From assembly GCA_040754455.1 (NCBI GenBank), contig JBFMCP010000022.1, positions 2,573-54,296 on the forward strand: DNA of 51,724 nt. Reading direction: 5' to 3'. Each line of letters begins with the position of its first letter. Within the stretch, counting starts at the first letter, position 1. The notes beneath the pieces are model-generated. The model did not search any database. It was not told the DNA's origin and saw only the letters and a list, made by a program, of their open reading frames with translations. Both the position numbers and the translations under genes were made by a program. Shown here piece after piece: positions 7,032 to 16,270 of this stretch. Origin of the DNA: Nitrospirota bacterium. GTDB lineage: Bacteria > Nitrospirota > Thermodesulfovibrionia > Thermodesulfovibrionales > Dissulfurispiraceae.

Positions 7032-8234
7032 ATGATTTCGATCGAGCCCTTCAAAGGGAAATCTGTCACCGACCATCATGTTGAAATTGTAGAGCGTAAG
7101 GGCACAGGGCATCCCGACTACATCTGTGACTCAATTATGGACGCCGTTTCCGTGGCACTCTCGAGGGAGTACCTTAAGGAGTTCGGTGCGGTCCTCCATC
7201 ACAATATCGACAAGAGCCTACTCGCAGCCGGTAAGGTAAAAAAGCGGTTCGGCGGCGGCAGAGTGACCAAGCCCATGGAGCTTACCATAGGCGACCGCGC
7301 GACTTTCAGCGCCGGAGGGAAGACCATCCCCGTTGCTGATATCGCGATCGATGCCGCCAAAAAGTGGATTGCCGGCAATCTGCGCTTTGTCGATCCTGAA
7401 AGGCACCTGAAGTTCCGCGTTGTCCTTGCGCCGGGGTCCGAAGAACTGACCGATATTTTCCTGAGGCCCGGGAAGGTGAGAGGCGCCAATGACACCTCGG
7501 CGGCAGTCGGCTACTATCCGCTGAGCCCCACCGAGCGCAGCGTGCTCGAGCTCGAGCGTTATCTGAATTCGAAGCAGTTCAAGACCAAGTTCCCCGATAC
7601 CGGAGAGGATATTAAAGTGATGGGTCTCAGGAAGGGGACGAGACTGGAGCTCACGGTCGCCATGCCGCTTCTTGCATCCTTTGTCGGATCAGAGCGGGAG
7701 TACTTCGAGCGAAAGGGCGATATTCTTAAAGCGATGGCGCGGTTTACTGCTCGCTTTGAGGAATTCGACTCGATTGCGCTCTATTATAACTCCCTTGACG
7801 AGGAAGGCCGCGGCCTCGGCGGTGTTTACCTGAGCCTCCTCGGCACTTCGGCTGAAGATGCTGATTCCGGCCAGGTAGGCCGCGGCAACAGGGTCAACGG
7901 ACTGATCTCGCTGAACCGGCCCCTGGGCACCGAGGCAGCGGCAGGGAAGAATCCCGTGAGCCATGTAGGAAAGATCTACAATGTCCTCGCCCACAACATC
8001 GCGAAAAAGATGTACGAAAAAGTCGGAGGGATACGGGAAGTATATATTCTGCTGTTGAGCAGAATAGGTACCCCGATCGACAGGCCCCAGATGGCCGCTG
8101 CACAGATTTTACCCGAGCGGGGCCGTGATCTCCGCGAAATCTCCCGGAAAGCAGAAGCATTATTCGAGAAAGAGCTGGCAAGAATGCATGAGTTCTGCAT
8201 GGAGCTGAGCAAAGGAAAATATCCGATATGCTAA
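7032..8234 (+). CDS. mat: S-adenosylmethionine synthetase, archaeal-type (Mat)
   Basis: VEIVERKGTGHPD, GANDTS, GEDIKVMG, GQVGRGNRVNGLI and EAAAGKNPVSHVGKIYN. Confidence 0.92.
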   Translation: MISIEPFKGKSVTDHHVEIVERKGTGHPDYICDSIMDAVSVALSREYLKEFGAVLHHNIDKSLLAAGKVKKRFGGGRVTKPMELTIGDRATFSAGGKTIPVADIAIDAAKKWIAGNLRFVDPERHLKFRVVLAPGSEELTDIFLRPGKVRGANDTSAAVGYYPLSPTERSVLELERYLNSKQFKTKFPDTGEDIKVMGLRKGTRLELTVAMPLLASFVGSEREYFERKGDILKAMARFTARFEEFDSIALYYNSLDEEGRGLGGVYLSLLGTSAEDADSGQVGRGNRVNGLISLNRPLGTEAAAGKNPVSHVGKIYNVLAHNIAKKMYEKVGGIREVYILLLSRIGTPIDRPQMAAAQILPERGRDLREISRKAEALFEKELARMHEFCMELSKGKYPIC

Positions 8235-8238
8235 CGGC

Positions 8239-8356
8239 AAACTCCAAATCCTAAATACGAAATTCTAAACAAAGATCCAAATACAAATAATTTAAACAGT
8301 TTTGAATTTCGAGTATTTGAGGTTGTTCCGGATTTAGAATTTCGGATTCAGAATTT
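8239..8356. repeat. Heptamer-periodic inverted-repeat element (AAATYCT class)
   Basis: Left arm AAACTCC AAATCCT AAATACG AAATTCT AAAC; right arm GATTT AGAATTT CGGATTC AGAATTT. Confidence 0.75.
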
Positions 8357-8374
8357 TTCATTGAGGAGTCAGAG

Positions 8375-9592
8375 GTGGATATCAAAAAGCATCATGCAGC
8401 GGTGTTAGCGGGGACGATCACTGCCTATCTCCTTATCACCTTCGAAATTCTTATCATGATCAGTCCTTTTGCCGTCTACTTTTATTCGGTATACGGACCT
8501 CTGCTGCATGCCCTTTCCGCATCGCCGTTGACCAGCTGGACGACCGAGTTCTTTCTCCCTCACATGGTGTTCATCGATGATCCGATCATCGCGGGTATAT
8601 TGTACCTCCAGGTACTCTTCATTGTAGGACTGGTATTGTTTCTTCTTGCCGCTATTCCGCTCTACTACATGAAGCTGTTCAGACGGAGCGTGCTCAAGGG
8701 ATGGGTGTATTCCTATGTGCGCCACCCTCAGTATCTCTCCCTTGCGATCTCCGGTTTCGGTCTGCTCATTTACTGGCCGCGGTTCATCATTCTGATACTG
8801 TATATCACCATGCTCTTTGTCTATTATCTCCTTGCGAGGAACGAGGAGTGGCGTATGAGGAGCACGTTCGGTGCGTCGTATGAGGAGTATATGAGAAGGA
8901 CGCCGATGTTCCTCCCTGGTGAGCCGGGCGGAAAGACATACAGGGCACTCTTCGGGTGGGTCGGACCCCGGTGGGCCGGCATCCTTCTCGCCTATGTCGT
9001 GACGCTCATCTTTTCCGTTGCGGCTGCATGGGGAATCAGGGCGTATGCAGTGCACCAGATCCCGAAGATTCCTGTTAATGACAGGATTGTCGTTCCCGTC
9101 TTCCCGCGTCCCGAGGCCGAAGTGAGGGCGCTCTATGAAAAGATCATGACTGATCAGCGGGTGCGAGGGGCTCTTGAAAAAGAGCGGCATGCGAAGCTGG
9201 CATACTTGATTCCCGGAGACTATTTCCTCAACGCACTGGTAACCGACGAAAGCAGGAGATTCTCTGAAGAATTCATCAGGAACTTCCCCGATATCCTCGA
9301 GTGGCAGCGGACGCATCCGCCGGGCGGGCTCGGCAGGTTTTTCAGGCTCTTCTTCAAGTTCTTCGGACGGATCGGCGCTGAAGAGTGGCGGGTGGATGTG
9401 GAGCGCTTCATATTCGTCAAGGTCACCGATCGCATGGGGCACCCGGTCGGGCGCAGCGACCTGCTCGATATCGGAGTAAAAAGAGAACCAGAGCTGCTGG
9501 TGGATATCGATGCAAGAACCTGGGAGATCATCGCTGTGGTTATCACCTCGGGGTACAACGAATGGGGCAAGGTGCCCATGCCGACATTCTAA
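8375..9592 (+). CDS. Membrane protein, PEMT/ICMT methyltransferase-like domain plus C-terminal extension
   Basis: Multiple TM segments; GWVYSYVRHPQY, ARNEE, FGASYEEY..RTPMFLP; GTG start with GAGGAG RBS. Confidence 0.7.
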   Translation: MDIKKHHAAVLAGTITAYLLITFEILIMISPFAVYFYSVYGPLLHALSASPLTSWTTEFFLPHMVFIDDPIIAGILYLQVLFIVGLVLFLLAAIPLYYMKLFRRSVLKGWVYSYVRHPQYLSLAISGFGLLIYWPRFIILILYITMLFVYYLLARNEEWRMRSTFGASYEEYMRRTPMFLPGEPGGKTYRALFGWVGPRWAGILLAYVVTLIFSVAAAWGIRAYAVHQIPKIPVNDRIVVPVFPRPEAEVRALYEKIMTDQRVRGALEKERHAKLAYLIPGDYFLNALVTDESRRFSEEFIRNFPDILEWQRTHPPGGLGRFFRLFFKFFGRIGAEEWRVDVERFIFVKVTDRMGHPVGRSDLLDIGVKREPELLVDIDARTWEIIAVVITSGYNEWGKVPMPTF

Positions 9593-9596
9593 CTAC

Positions 9597-9680
9597 AAAT
9601 TCTAAATCTCAAGCACCAAATTACGAATAAGGCACAAAACCAAAAATATAAACTAAACATCTAAATCCGGAACAAACTCG
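9597..9680. repeat. Heptamer-periodic element (A-rich arms only)
   Basis: AAATTCT AAATCTC AAGCACC AAATTAC ... CTAAATCCGGAAC. Confidence 0.6.
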
Positions 9681-9685
9681 GAATA

Positions 9686-9801
9686 CATCCACGCATTCCT
9701 CCGAGGGAGACAGCCTGCTTCACCATCCCTGGTTACGCGTAGGCTGTCTAACCCGCCCTCATACTCTACCCTGCCCGACTCCGGGCTCTTTCATTTCGTT
9801 A
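9686..9801 (-). mobile_element. Probable orphan left end of an IS110/IS1111-family element (no transposase)
   Basis: Minus strand begins TAACGAA then ATGAAAGAGCCC (7 nt plus an ATG-initiated subterminal IR, the IS1111 pattern). It continues with a 9-bp stem AGACAGCCT/AGGCTGTCT enclosing an internal loop, then a GGAGG RBS and ATGs that hit stops within about 11 codons. Confidence 0.5.
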
Positions 9802-9815
9802 GAGGCTCTTAGAAT

Positions 9816-9977
9816 AAAGGCGGGAAGGGGGGCGGAAAGGAGCTGGCTCGCGCCTCCTTGGTTTCCACAAAGGAAACAAACTCAGATACCAGCTCTCTTT
9901 CAGTAGTAATGTGATGCAGATATACTCAAACAAACTGCGCATCGAGAAAGCTCCTTGGAGTACCCCTTCCCGCCTTT
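9816..9977. repeat. 162-bp structured element with perfect 15-bp terminal inverted repeats (MITE/REP/ncRNA candidate)
   Basis: AAAGGCGGGAAGGGG (9816-9830) / CCCCTTCCCGCCTTT (9963-9977); internal hairpins; AAACAAACT occurs twice. Confidence 0.6.
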
Positions 9978-10017
9978 GCCGCTCAAACACGTACCTCCTG
10001 TTATGGTATAATTTCAC

Positions 10018-10536
10018 ATGGCTGTTTTGGAGATAAAGAAATACCCCGAGGATGTCCTGAAGAGCAAGGCAGTGCCGGTGAACGGCATTGATGATGGTCT
10101 TCAACGTCTTATTGATGACATGATCGAGACCATGTATGCTGCTCCGGGTATCGGCCTTGCCGCGCCTCAGGTCGGCGTCTCGAAGCGGCTGATCGTCATA
10201 GATATAAGCGTCGGAGAGGAAAAACACCCGCTCCTTGTCCTCCTCAACCCCGAGATCGTCGAAGCGGATGATTTTGTCGATTCCGAAGAGGGGTGCCTGA
10301 GCATACCCGGTCATACTGTGACGATCAAACGGGCGGGCAGGGTGGTCGTGAAGGCGCTGGACAGAGAGGGCAACCCTGTCCGGATCGAGGCGGATGGACT
10401 CCTCGCGCGGGCGCTGCAGCATGAGATCGACCACCTCGACGGCGTTCTGATTGTCGACCGGCTCAGCTCCATCAAACGGGAATTCTTCAAGAAGCGGTAT
10501 TTCAAAGCGCTCAAAGAAGCACAGGTCAAGATCTAG
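10018..10536 (+). CDS. def: Peptide deformylase
   Basis: GIGLAAPQVG, EGCLS, QHEIDHLDG. Confidence 0.97.
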   Translation: MAVLEIKKYPEDVLKSKAVPVNGIDDGLQRLIDDMIETMYAAPGIGLAAPQVGVSKRLIVIDISVGEEKHPLLVLLNPEIVEADDFVDSEEGCLSIPGHTVTIKRAGRVVVKALDREGNPVRIEADGLLARALQHEIDHLDGVLIVDRLSSIKREFFKKRYFKALKEAQVKI

Positions 10537-10549
10537 CGAGGACCGCTCC

Positions 10550-11473
10550 ATGGCCTTGATCTTTTTCGGCACTCCCCAGTTTGCTGTCCCTTCACTCAAA
10601 GCGCTCATTGAGGAGAGAGAAGAGATAGCCCTCGTGGTGACCCAACCCGACAAGGTGAAAGGAAGGGGCCACATCCTTTCATCGCCGCCCGTAAAAGAGC
10701 TTGCGGTGGCTCACGGCATACGTGTTGCACAGCCTTCAAAAATAAGAAGTGAAGAATTCTATCGCGAGCTGAGGCGACTGCAGCCCGAGTTCATCATCGT
10801 TGTCGCCTACGGCAAGATAGTGCCTGAGGAAATCCTCTCCCTTCCGAAATCAGGGTGCATCAATGTCCACGGCTCTCTTCTTCCCAAGTACCGAGGCGCA
10901 GCGCCGATCCAGTGGGCATTGCTCAACGGCGAGCGCGTTACCGGCGTCACCACCATGCTCATGGATAAAGGGATGGATACGGGCGACATTCTCCTTAAGA
11001 CGGAGCTTCCCATTCGGGGCGATGATACAACTGAAACCCTCTTCCGAAAGCTCTCCGAGCTGGGTGCAAAGACTCTGATCGAGACGATCAGAGGACTGCG
11101 GGCGGGCACGGTGAAGCCCGTACAGCAGACCGGTGAGGCCACCTATGCGCCGCCGCTCAAGAAAGAGGACGGACGTATCGATTGGAAGCGGAGCGCTGAG
11201 GAGCTGTTCAACTTTGTGCGGGGGATGTACCCATGGCCGTCGGCATTCTGCTATCTTAATGACGAGATGATCAAAATAAGCAAAGTTAAGCCTCTGGAAG
11301 GCAGCGGCGTGCCCGGAAGGGTCGAGAAGGCATCGAAAGGTGAGCTGATCGTCGGCACCGGCAGGGGGCTCCTGCAGATCGAGACGCTGCAACCCGAGGG
11401 GAAAAAGAGCATGTCTGCCGAGGCATTTCTCGCAGGGCGGAGGCTGAGAGAGGGATATGAGACCTTTTCTTAG
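10550..11473 (+). CDS. fmt: Methionyl-tRNA formyltransferase
   Basis: FFGTPQFA, VVTQPD, VVAYG, NVHGSLLPKYRGAAPI; ATG 10550 follows def. Confidence 0.97.
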   Translation: MALIFFGTPQFAVPSLKALIEEREEIALVVTQPDKVKGRGHILSSPPVKELAVAHGIRVAQPSKIRSEEFYRELRRLQPEFIIVVAYGKIVPEEILSLPKSGCINVHGSLLPKYRGAAPIQWALLNGERVTGVTTMLMDKGMDTGDILLKTELPIRGDDTTETLFRKLSELGAKTLIETIRGLRAGTVKPVQQTGEATYAPPLKKEDGRIDWKRSAEELFNFVRGMYPWPSAFCYLNDEMIKISKVKPLEGSGVPGRVEKASKGELIVGTGRGLLQIETLQPEGKKSMSAEAFLAGRRLREGYETFS

Positions 11474-11999
11474 GGGGATTGTCCTTAAAGTGCTGTATCC
11501 CCTGCTGATGCTCGGAGGGGCTTTTTTTAAGGATAAGAAGGATAAGTTTCAGCTGGCGGTGATTGATCTCAACAACCGCCTTATCAGAGCCGAGCCCGGG
11601 CGGTACCGGACAAAGCGCATATTGCTCCTTTTGCCGCATTGTCTGCAGATCAACGAATGCGACGTGAGGATCACCAACGATATCTACAACTGCAAGCGGT
11701 GTGGCAGGTGTGAAATCAAGGACCTGATCCAGATCGCCTCAGACAATGATCTCAAGCTTTTTGTCGCTACCGGCGGCAATCTTGCGCGCCGCATCGTCAG
11801 TGATATAAAGCCTGAAGCGATCGTAGCGGTCGCCTGCGAGCGAGACCTGAGCAGCGGCATTGTCGATACCTATCCGCTCCCTGTGCTGGGCATTCCCAAT
11901 GAACGGCCGTTCGGCCCCTGTCTCAATACGCGCGTTGATCTCGATAAAGTGAAAGAAGCTATACAGTTTTTTGGAAGCAATAATGACTGTGATCAGTAA
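11457..11999 (+). CDS. DUF116-family Cys-rich protein
   Basis: LLPHCLQ, CKRCGRC, VATGG, VACERDL; usual position between fmt and rsmB. Confidence 0.85.
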   Translation: MRPFLRGIVLKVLYPLLMLGGAFFKDKKDKFQLAVIDLNNRLIRAEPGRYRTKRILLLLPHCLQINECDVRITNDIYNCKRCGRCEIKDLIQIASDNDLKLFVATGGNLARRIVSDIKPEAIVAVACERDLSSGIVDTYPLPVLGIPNERPFGPCLNTRVDLDKVKEAIQFFGSNNDCDQ

Positions 12000-12029
12000 T
12001 TACTAATTACGGTTTGAGGAGCAGTCCTG

Positions 12030-13385
12030 ATGCCGACGACGAGAGAGCGGGCGGTCATTGCTCTCGGTAAGATATTTGCCGGAGCAGTAAAGCCTAAAGA
12101 TATCCTGGATGAACTGTCGCATGACCTCGACAAAAGAGAGCGGGCCTTTCTGATGGAGCTGGTCTACGGCGTGCTGCGCCACAGGGATTACCTCGACTGG
12201 CAGCTCAAAGGCTTCCTCAGGAAACCTTCGGGGCTCTCTCCTGATACGCTGAATAATCTAAGAGTGGCGGTCTATCAGCTGCAGTACCTGCGTGTTCCCG
12301 AATGGGCTGCAGTGAATGAGGCAGTGGAGGGTGAGAAGGGGCACAGGGGAAATCCCCCCCTGGTGAACGGTGTCCTGAGGAATTTTCTGCGGCAGAGGGA
12401 CAACATTGCTCTTCCCCCGGAGAAAGACCCTGTGGCATACATCTCTATCACGACCTCCCATCCCCGCTGGCTGGTGAAGCGCTGGATACAGCGGTTCGGC
12501 TATGATGAAGCCTTCCGGTTTGCCCGGAAAAATAACGAGGTGCCGCCCCTTACGATACGGATAGACGGCACAGGTGCGCGGGCGCAGGCACTGCATCGAC
12601 TTGCAGAAAAGGGTGTGCACGCCCGGCCTACTGATCATTCACCGGCAGGGATTATTATTGAGGAGGCTAATGCCGTGGGAGTTCTCTCGGAGGCAGCTGA
12701 CTTTCCCTATGTCGTCCAGGACGAGGCGGCTCAGCTGGTCACCTATCTCCTGGCACCCCTGCCGCAGGAGCGGGTGCTCGACGCCTGCGCTGCACCGGGG
12801 GGGAAGACCACGCACATCGCCCGGTTGATGGGGGACAGCGGAGAGGTGCTTGCTGTTGAGGCCGACGCAGAACGAATAGGACAGATAGAGGAAAATGTTG
12901 CGCGGCTAGGGTTGCACTCGGTAAGGATCATACGGGAAGACGCAAAGAATCTGGAGTACACTGAGCACTGCCGGTCCGCAGCTCACCGCTGTGTCTTTGA
13001 CCGGATACTGCTCGATGCGCCCTGTTCTGCTCTGGGGGTGATCAGAAGGAATCCGGATGTGCGCTACCGCCATAGCCGGAAGGAGCTCCTGAGATTTAAG
13101 GAGCACCAGGGTGCCCTGCTCAGGGCGGTCGCCCGTCTTCTTAAGCCGGAGGGAGTTATGGTATATTCCGTATGCTCAACGGAACCGGAGGAGGGTGAAG
13201 ACGTCATAAAGGAATTTTTACAGCAGCATCAGGATTTTAGTATTATAAAGGGTGAGTTTGACTTTTTGGAGCCGTTCGCAGTTGCTGATGCCGGTCTCCT
13301 CTTTTATCGGACCTTTCCACACCGGCACGACATGGACGGCTTTTTCGCCGCGCGACTGAAAAGGGCACGCTCAGAGGATACATGA
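12030..13385 (+). CDS. rsmB: 16S rRNA m5C967 methyltransferase RsmB/Sun
   Basis: NusB-like N-terminus; VQDEAAQL, LDACAAPGGKT, DAPCSALG, YSVCS, DGFFAARL. Confidence 0.95.
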   Translation: MPTTRERAVIALGKIFAGAVKPKDILDELSHDLDKRERAFLMELVYGVLRHRDYLDWQLKGFLRKPSGLSPDTLNNLRVAVYQLQYLRVPEWAAVNEAVEGEKGHRGNPPLVNGVLRNFLRQRDNIALPPEKDPVAYISITTSHPRWLVKRWIQRFGYDEAFRFARKNNEVPPLTIRIDGTGARAQALHRLAEKGVHARPTDHSPAGIIIEEANAVGVLSEAADFPYVVQDEAAQLVTYLLAPLPQERVLDACAAPGGKTTHIARLMGDSGEVLAVEADAERIGQIEENVARLGLHSVRIIREDAKNLEYTEHCRSAAHRCVFDRILLDAPCSALGVIRRNPDVRYRHSRKELLRFKEHQGALLRAVARLLKPEGVMVYSVCSTEPEEGEDVIKEFLQQHQDFSIIKGEFDFLEPFAVADAGLLFYRTFPHRHDMDGFFAARLKRARSEDT

Positions 13386-13960
13386 GGAAGTTACTTGCAA
13401 TACCTCTTTATACCATTATTCTGCTGCTCCTTGGTATAATTTCAGGTCATATCACCTTCAAGCTGCTCAGCTTCAGCAGGACGGTGACTGTCCCCGATGT
13501 AAGAGGACGGGAAATGATCGAGGCGAATGATCTCCTCCGCCGCAAGGGCCTGTATATACGACTCGAGGGAGAGGATTACGACTCTTATGTCCACCAGGGC
13601 AGCATCATACGCCAGGACATCCCTCCCGACAGCAAGGTCAAGGAGGGGAGGGAAATCGGTGTCGTACTGAGCAAAGGACCGCGCGTGCAGTATGTGCCTG
13701 ATGTCGTAGGGCAGACCATTGATCGGGCTGAATCTCTTTTGAGCGAAAAAGGCATTAGGATCGGAAAAATTATTTATGTTCACTCCGATAAGACGCCCAG
13801 GAGCGTCATACTGGCCCAGAGGCCCGAGACGAATGAGAGCGGCGGAGACATCTTCAGTGTCATCGTGAGCCTGGGAGGGTATGAGGAAGAGGTGAAGGCA
13901 AAGGCCCCGTCTCCGGGACAGGCCGCACATAAAGATGAAAAGAAGAAGGAGGAGCGGTGA
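13382..13960 (+). CDS. Membrane-anchored PASTA-domain protein
   Basis: N-terminal TM; two PASTA repeats (VTVPDVRG, YVPDVVG). Confidence 0.85.
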   Translation: MRKLLAIPLYTIILLLLGIISGHITFKLLSFSRTVTVPDVRGREMIEANDLLRRKGLYIRLEGEDYDSYVHQGSIIRQDIPPDSKVKEGREIGVVLSKGPRVQYVPDVVGQTIDRAESLLSEKGIRIGKIIYVHSDKTPRSVILAQRPETNESGGDIFSVIVSLGGYEEEVKAKAPSPGQAAHKDEKKKEER

Positions 13961-14622
13961 TACGGATAGCGCCATCCATTTTATCGGCTGATTTTATGAG
14001 GCTCGGCGCCGAGATCGAAGCAGTAAAGGCTGCGGGAGCGGATCTGTTGCATCTTGATATTATGGATGGGCATTTTGTTCCGAACATTACGATAGGTCCC
14101 GCAATTGTCGAGGCAATAAGGAAGATCACGACGCTTCCGCTCGATGTGCACCTGATGATCGACGATCCCGACAAATTTTTGGGAGACTTCGTCAGCGCCG
14201 GCGCCGATTATATTACGGTCCACACCGAGGCTGCGGTGCATCTCCACCGGACCGTCCAGAGGGTCAGGGAGAGCGGCGTCAAGGCGGGCGTCTCCCTGAA
14301 TCCGGCAACCTCTCTGAGGGACCTTGATCATATTCTCGGCGACCTCGACATGGTACTGCTCATGTCGGTCAACCCTGGATTCGGCGGCCAGAAGTTTATT
14401 CCTTCTGCATTGGATAAACTGAAGGCACTCAGGAACACCATTCAGGAGCGCGGCCTCGACCTGCTCATCGAGGTCGACGGCGGGGTGAAGCCCGACAATG
14501 CCAGGGAGATTGCCGCTGCAGGCGCCGATATCCTGGTGATGGGGTCAGCCTTCTTCTATTCCGGCGATTACGGTGCATTGATGAGGACGCTCAGAGCGAC
14601 GCTTAAGGGAATACGGGAATAA
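13957..14622 (+). CDS. rpe: Ribulose-phosphate 3-epimerase
   Basis: IAPSILSADF, HLDIMDGHFVPN, MSVNPGFGGQ, EVDGG. Confidence 0.97.
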   Translation: MIRIAPSILSADFMRLGAEIEAVKAAGADLLHLDIMDGHFVPNITIGPAIVEAIRKITTLPLDVHLMIDDPDKFLGDFVSAGADYITVHTEAAVHLHRTVQRVRESGVKAGVSLNPATSLRDLDHILGDLDMVLLMSVNPGFGGQKFIPSALDKLKALRNTIQERGLDLLIEVDGGVKPDNAREIAAAGADILVMGSAFFYSGDYGALMRTLRATLKGIRE

Positions 14623-14627
14623 CTGAG

Positions 14628-15719
14628 ATGGAAGAGAAGATCTACAATTTGATACGAAAGGCGGAACAGCTGCGGGAGCGCTCGGTGTATAGAGAGGCGC
14701 TGCAGTATTTCAAGAAGGCGCTTCTGCTGAGCAGGAAACACCACCACCTCGATGGCATCATCGATGCGACGCTCGCTTCTGCCGATATCTACCGCATCAC
14801 CGGTAATTTTGATCTCGCCATTAAAAATTACGAAGAAGCGCTCGAGTCGTGCGAGGCGCTCGGAAACTCGCTGACCGCCGCCGACTGCATGGTGGGCATC
14901 GGCCTCTCTCTGAGGGCGATCGGCATGTGGAAGGAATCGTTGAAGTTCATCGAGACAGCAAAGAAGACCTATCGCAAGGTGAACGACAAGAAAGGACTCG
15001 CTTTCTCGCTATGGGCGGAAGCCGGTGCGCAGAGGGTCGCGGGGAACATCACCGTAGCGATCAACGGCTTCAAGGAAGCAAAAAGGATGTTCACCGCCCT
15101 TTCCTTTAATTCGGGAATCGCCTATGCGCTCTGCGGGCTCGGGGGCACCCACAGGATCGCCGGAAAATATAAAGAGTCGCTGGACTATTACCGGCGGGCG
15201 AATGCACTGTTTGCCTCACTGAAAGATACGTTCGGTTCCGCATATTCCCATTGCGGCATCGGCAATGCCTACCGGATGCTCGGAAACTACCGTGAGGCCA
15301 TGAACCATTTCAGAAAGGCAACGCGGCTCTATGAATCGATAGGCGACCTGGTCAGTTACTCCTATACGTTATGGAGTGTTGCGATGGTCCATAAAATGAA
15401 CGGTGACTTCGCCCGGGCAAGGAGAGCTGTCGGCAAGGCTATGCGCAACTTCAGAAAAACCAAGGACCCCCGCGGTATCATCTATTGCGACATGGCTCTC
15501 GGAGAGATGCTGCTCCTGGAAGGAAAGAAGCGCGCTGCGGAGAAGAAGCTTCGCACCGCCTCTGCCAATGCCGACCGGCATCGGTTCAGGCTCGAGCAGT
15601 GCCACGCGACCGTCCTCCTTAGTGCGCTCACGTCAGGGAGGGGTTCTCTGAACGAACGGTGCTACAAGAAAATAGGCATACATCTTCCCGATATATCGCT
15701 CCCCTTTAATATCCCTTAA
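14628..15719 (+). CDS. Tetratricopeptide-repeat protein
   Basis: Tandem ~40-aa helical TPR-like repeats (A..LG..YR..G.Y.EA..YY..A). Confidence 0.85.
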   Translation: MEEKIYNLIRKAEQLRERSVYREALQYFKKALLLSRKHHHLDGIIDATLASADIYRITGNFDLAIKNYEEALESCEALGNSLTAADCMVGIGLSLRAIGMWKESLKFIETAKKTYRKVNDKKGLAFSLWAEAGAQRVAGNITVAINGFKEAKRMFTALSFNSGIAYALCGLGGTHRIAGKYKESLDYYRRANALFASLKDTFGSAYSHCGIGNAYRMLGNYREAMNHFRKATRLYESIGDLVSYSYTLWSVAMVHKMNGDFARARRAVGKAMRNFRKTKDPRGIIYCDMALGEMLLLEGKKRAAEKKLRTASANADRHRFRLEQCHATVLLSALTSGRGSLNERCYKKIGIHLPDISLPFNIP

Positions 15720-15730
15720 CGTTTATCATT

Positions 15731-16270
15731 ATGAAAGTCCTCAACGCACCGAATATCATTACGTTCATCAGAATCGTCATCCTGCCGGTCTTTGTGACCG
15801 CGCTGGTGTATAAGAGGTACAGCTACGCACTTATTTTATTTATTATCGCCAGTGTTTCGGACATGCTCGACGGCCTGCTGGCGCGGATGACCGACCAGAA
15901 GACGCCTCTCGGCGCTTTTCTCGATCCCCTTGCGGACAAATTTCTTCTCATGACCTCTTTTATCCTCTTTGCGGTCTACGGTTGGATACCGCTCTGGCTG
16001 ACCATCACCGTCATAAGCCGTGATCTCATTGTGGTGCTGGGGTGGTTCATCCTTTACCTTCTCTATGACATTACGAGGGTGCAGCCCTCTGCAATCGGCA
16101 AAGCCGCCATTGCCGCGCAGCTGGTGCTCATCCCCTATACCCTCCTTTCGGTAACGATCGAGGGAGTTCCCCGACCGGGGAGCTGGATGTTCTGGATCGT
16201 GGCGGTGCTCGCCATTGCCTCAGGGCTCCAATATATCTACCGGGGGTTGAAACATGCCGCCGAAAAATAG
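15731..16270 (+). CDS. CDP-alcohol phosphatidyltransferase (PgsA-like)
   Basis: PNIITFIRI, SDMLDGLLAR, GAFLDPLADK. Confidence 0.9.
   Translation: MKVLNAPNIITFIRIVILPVFVTALVYKRYSYALILFIIASVSDMLDGLLARMTDQKTPLGAFLDPLADKFLLMTSFILFAVYGWIPLWLTITVISRDLIVVLGWFILYLLYDITRVQPSAIGKAAIAAQLVLIPYTLLSVTIEGVPRPGSWMFWIVAVLAIASGLQYIYRGLKHAAEK

Noticed and set aside
9680..9980. RNase P, 6S, SRP or tmRNA gene
   Set aside because: No GAGGAAAGTCC, SRP loop or tRNA-like ends. 6S cannot be fully excluded without a covariance search.
12961..12992. Small hairpin TGAGCACTGC...GCAGCTCA within rsmB (and a short extra loop in lptB near 24300-24350)
   Set aside because: Too short to call an insertion without an orthologue alignment.
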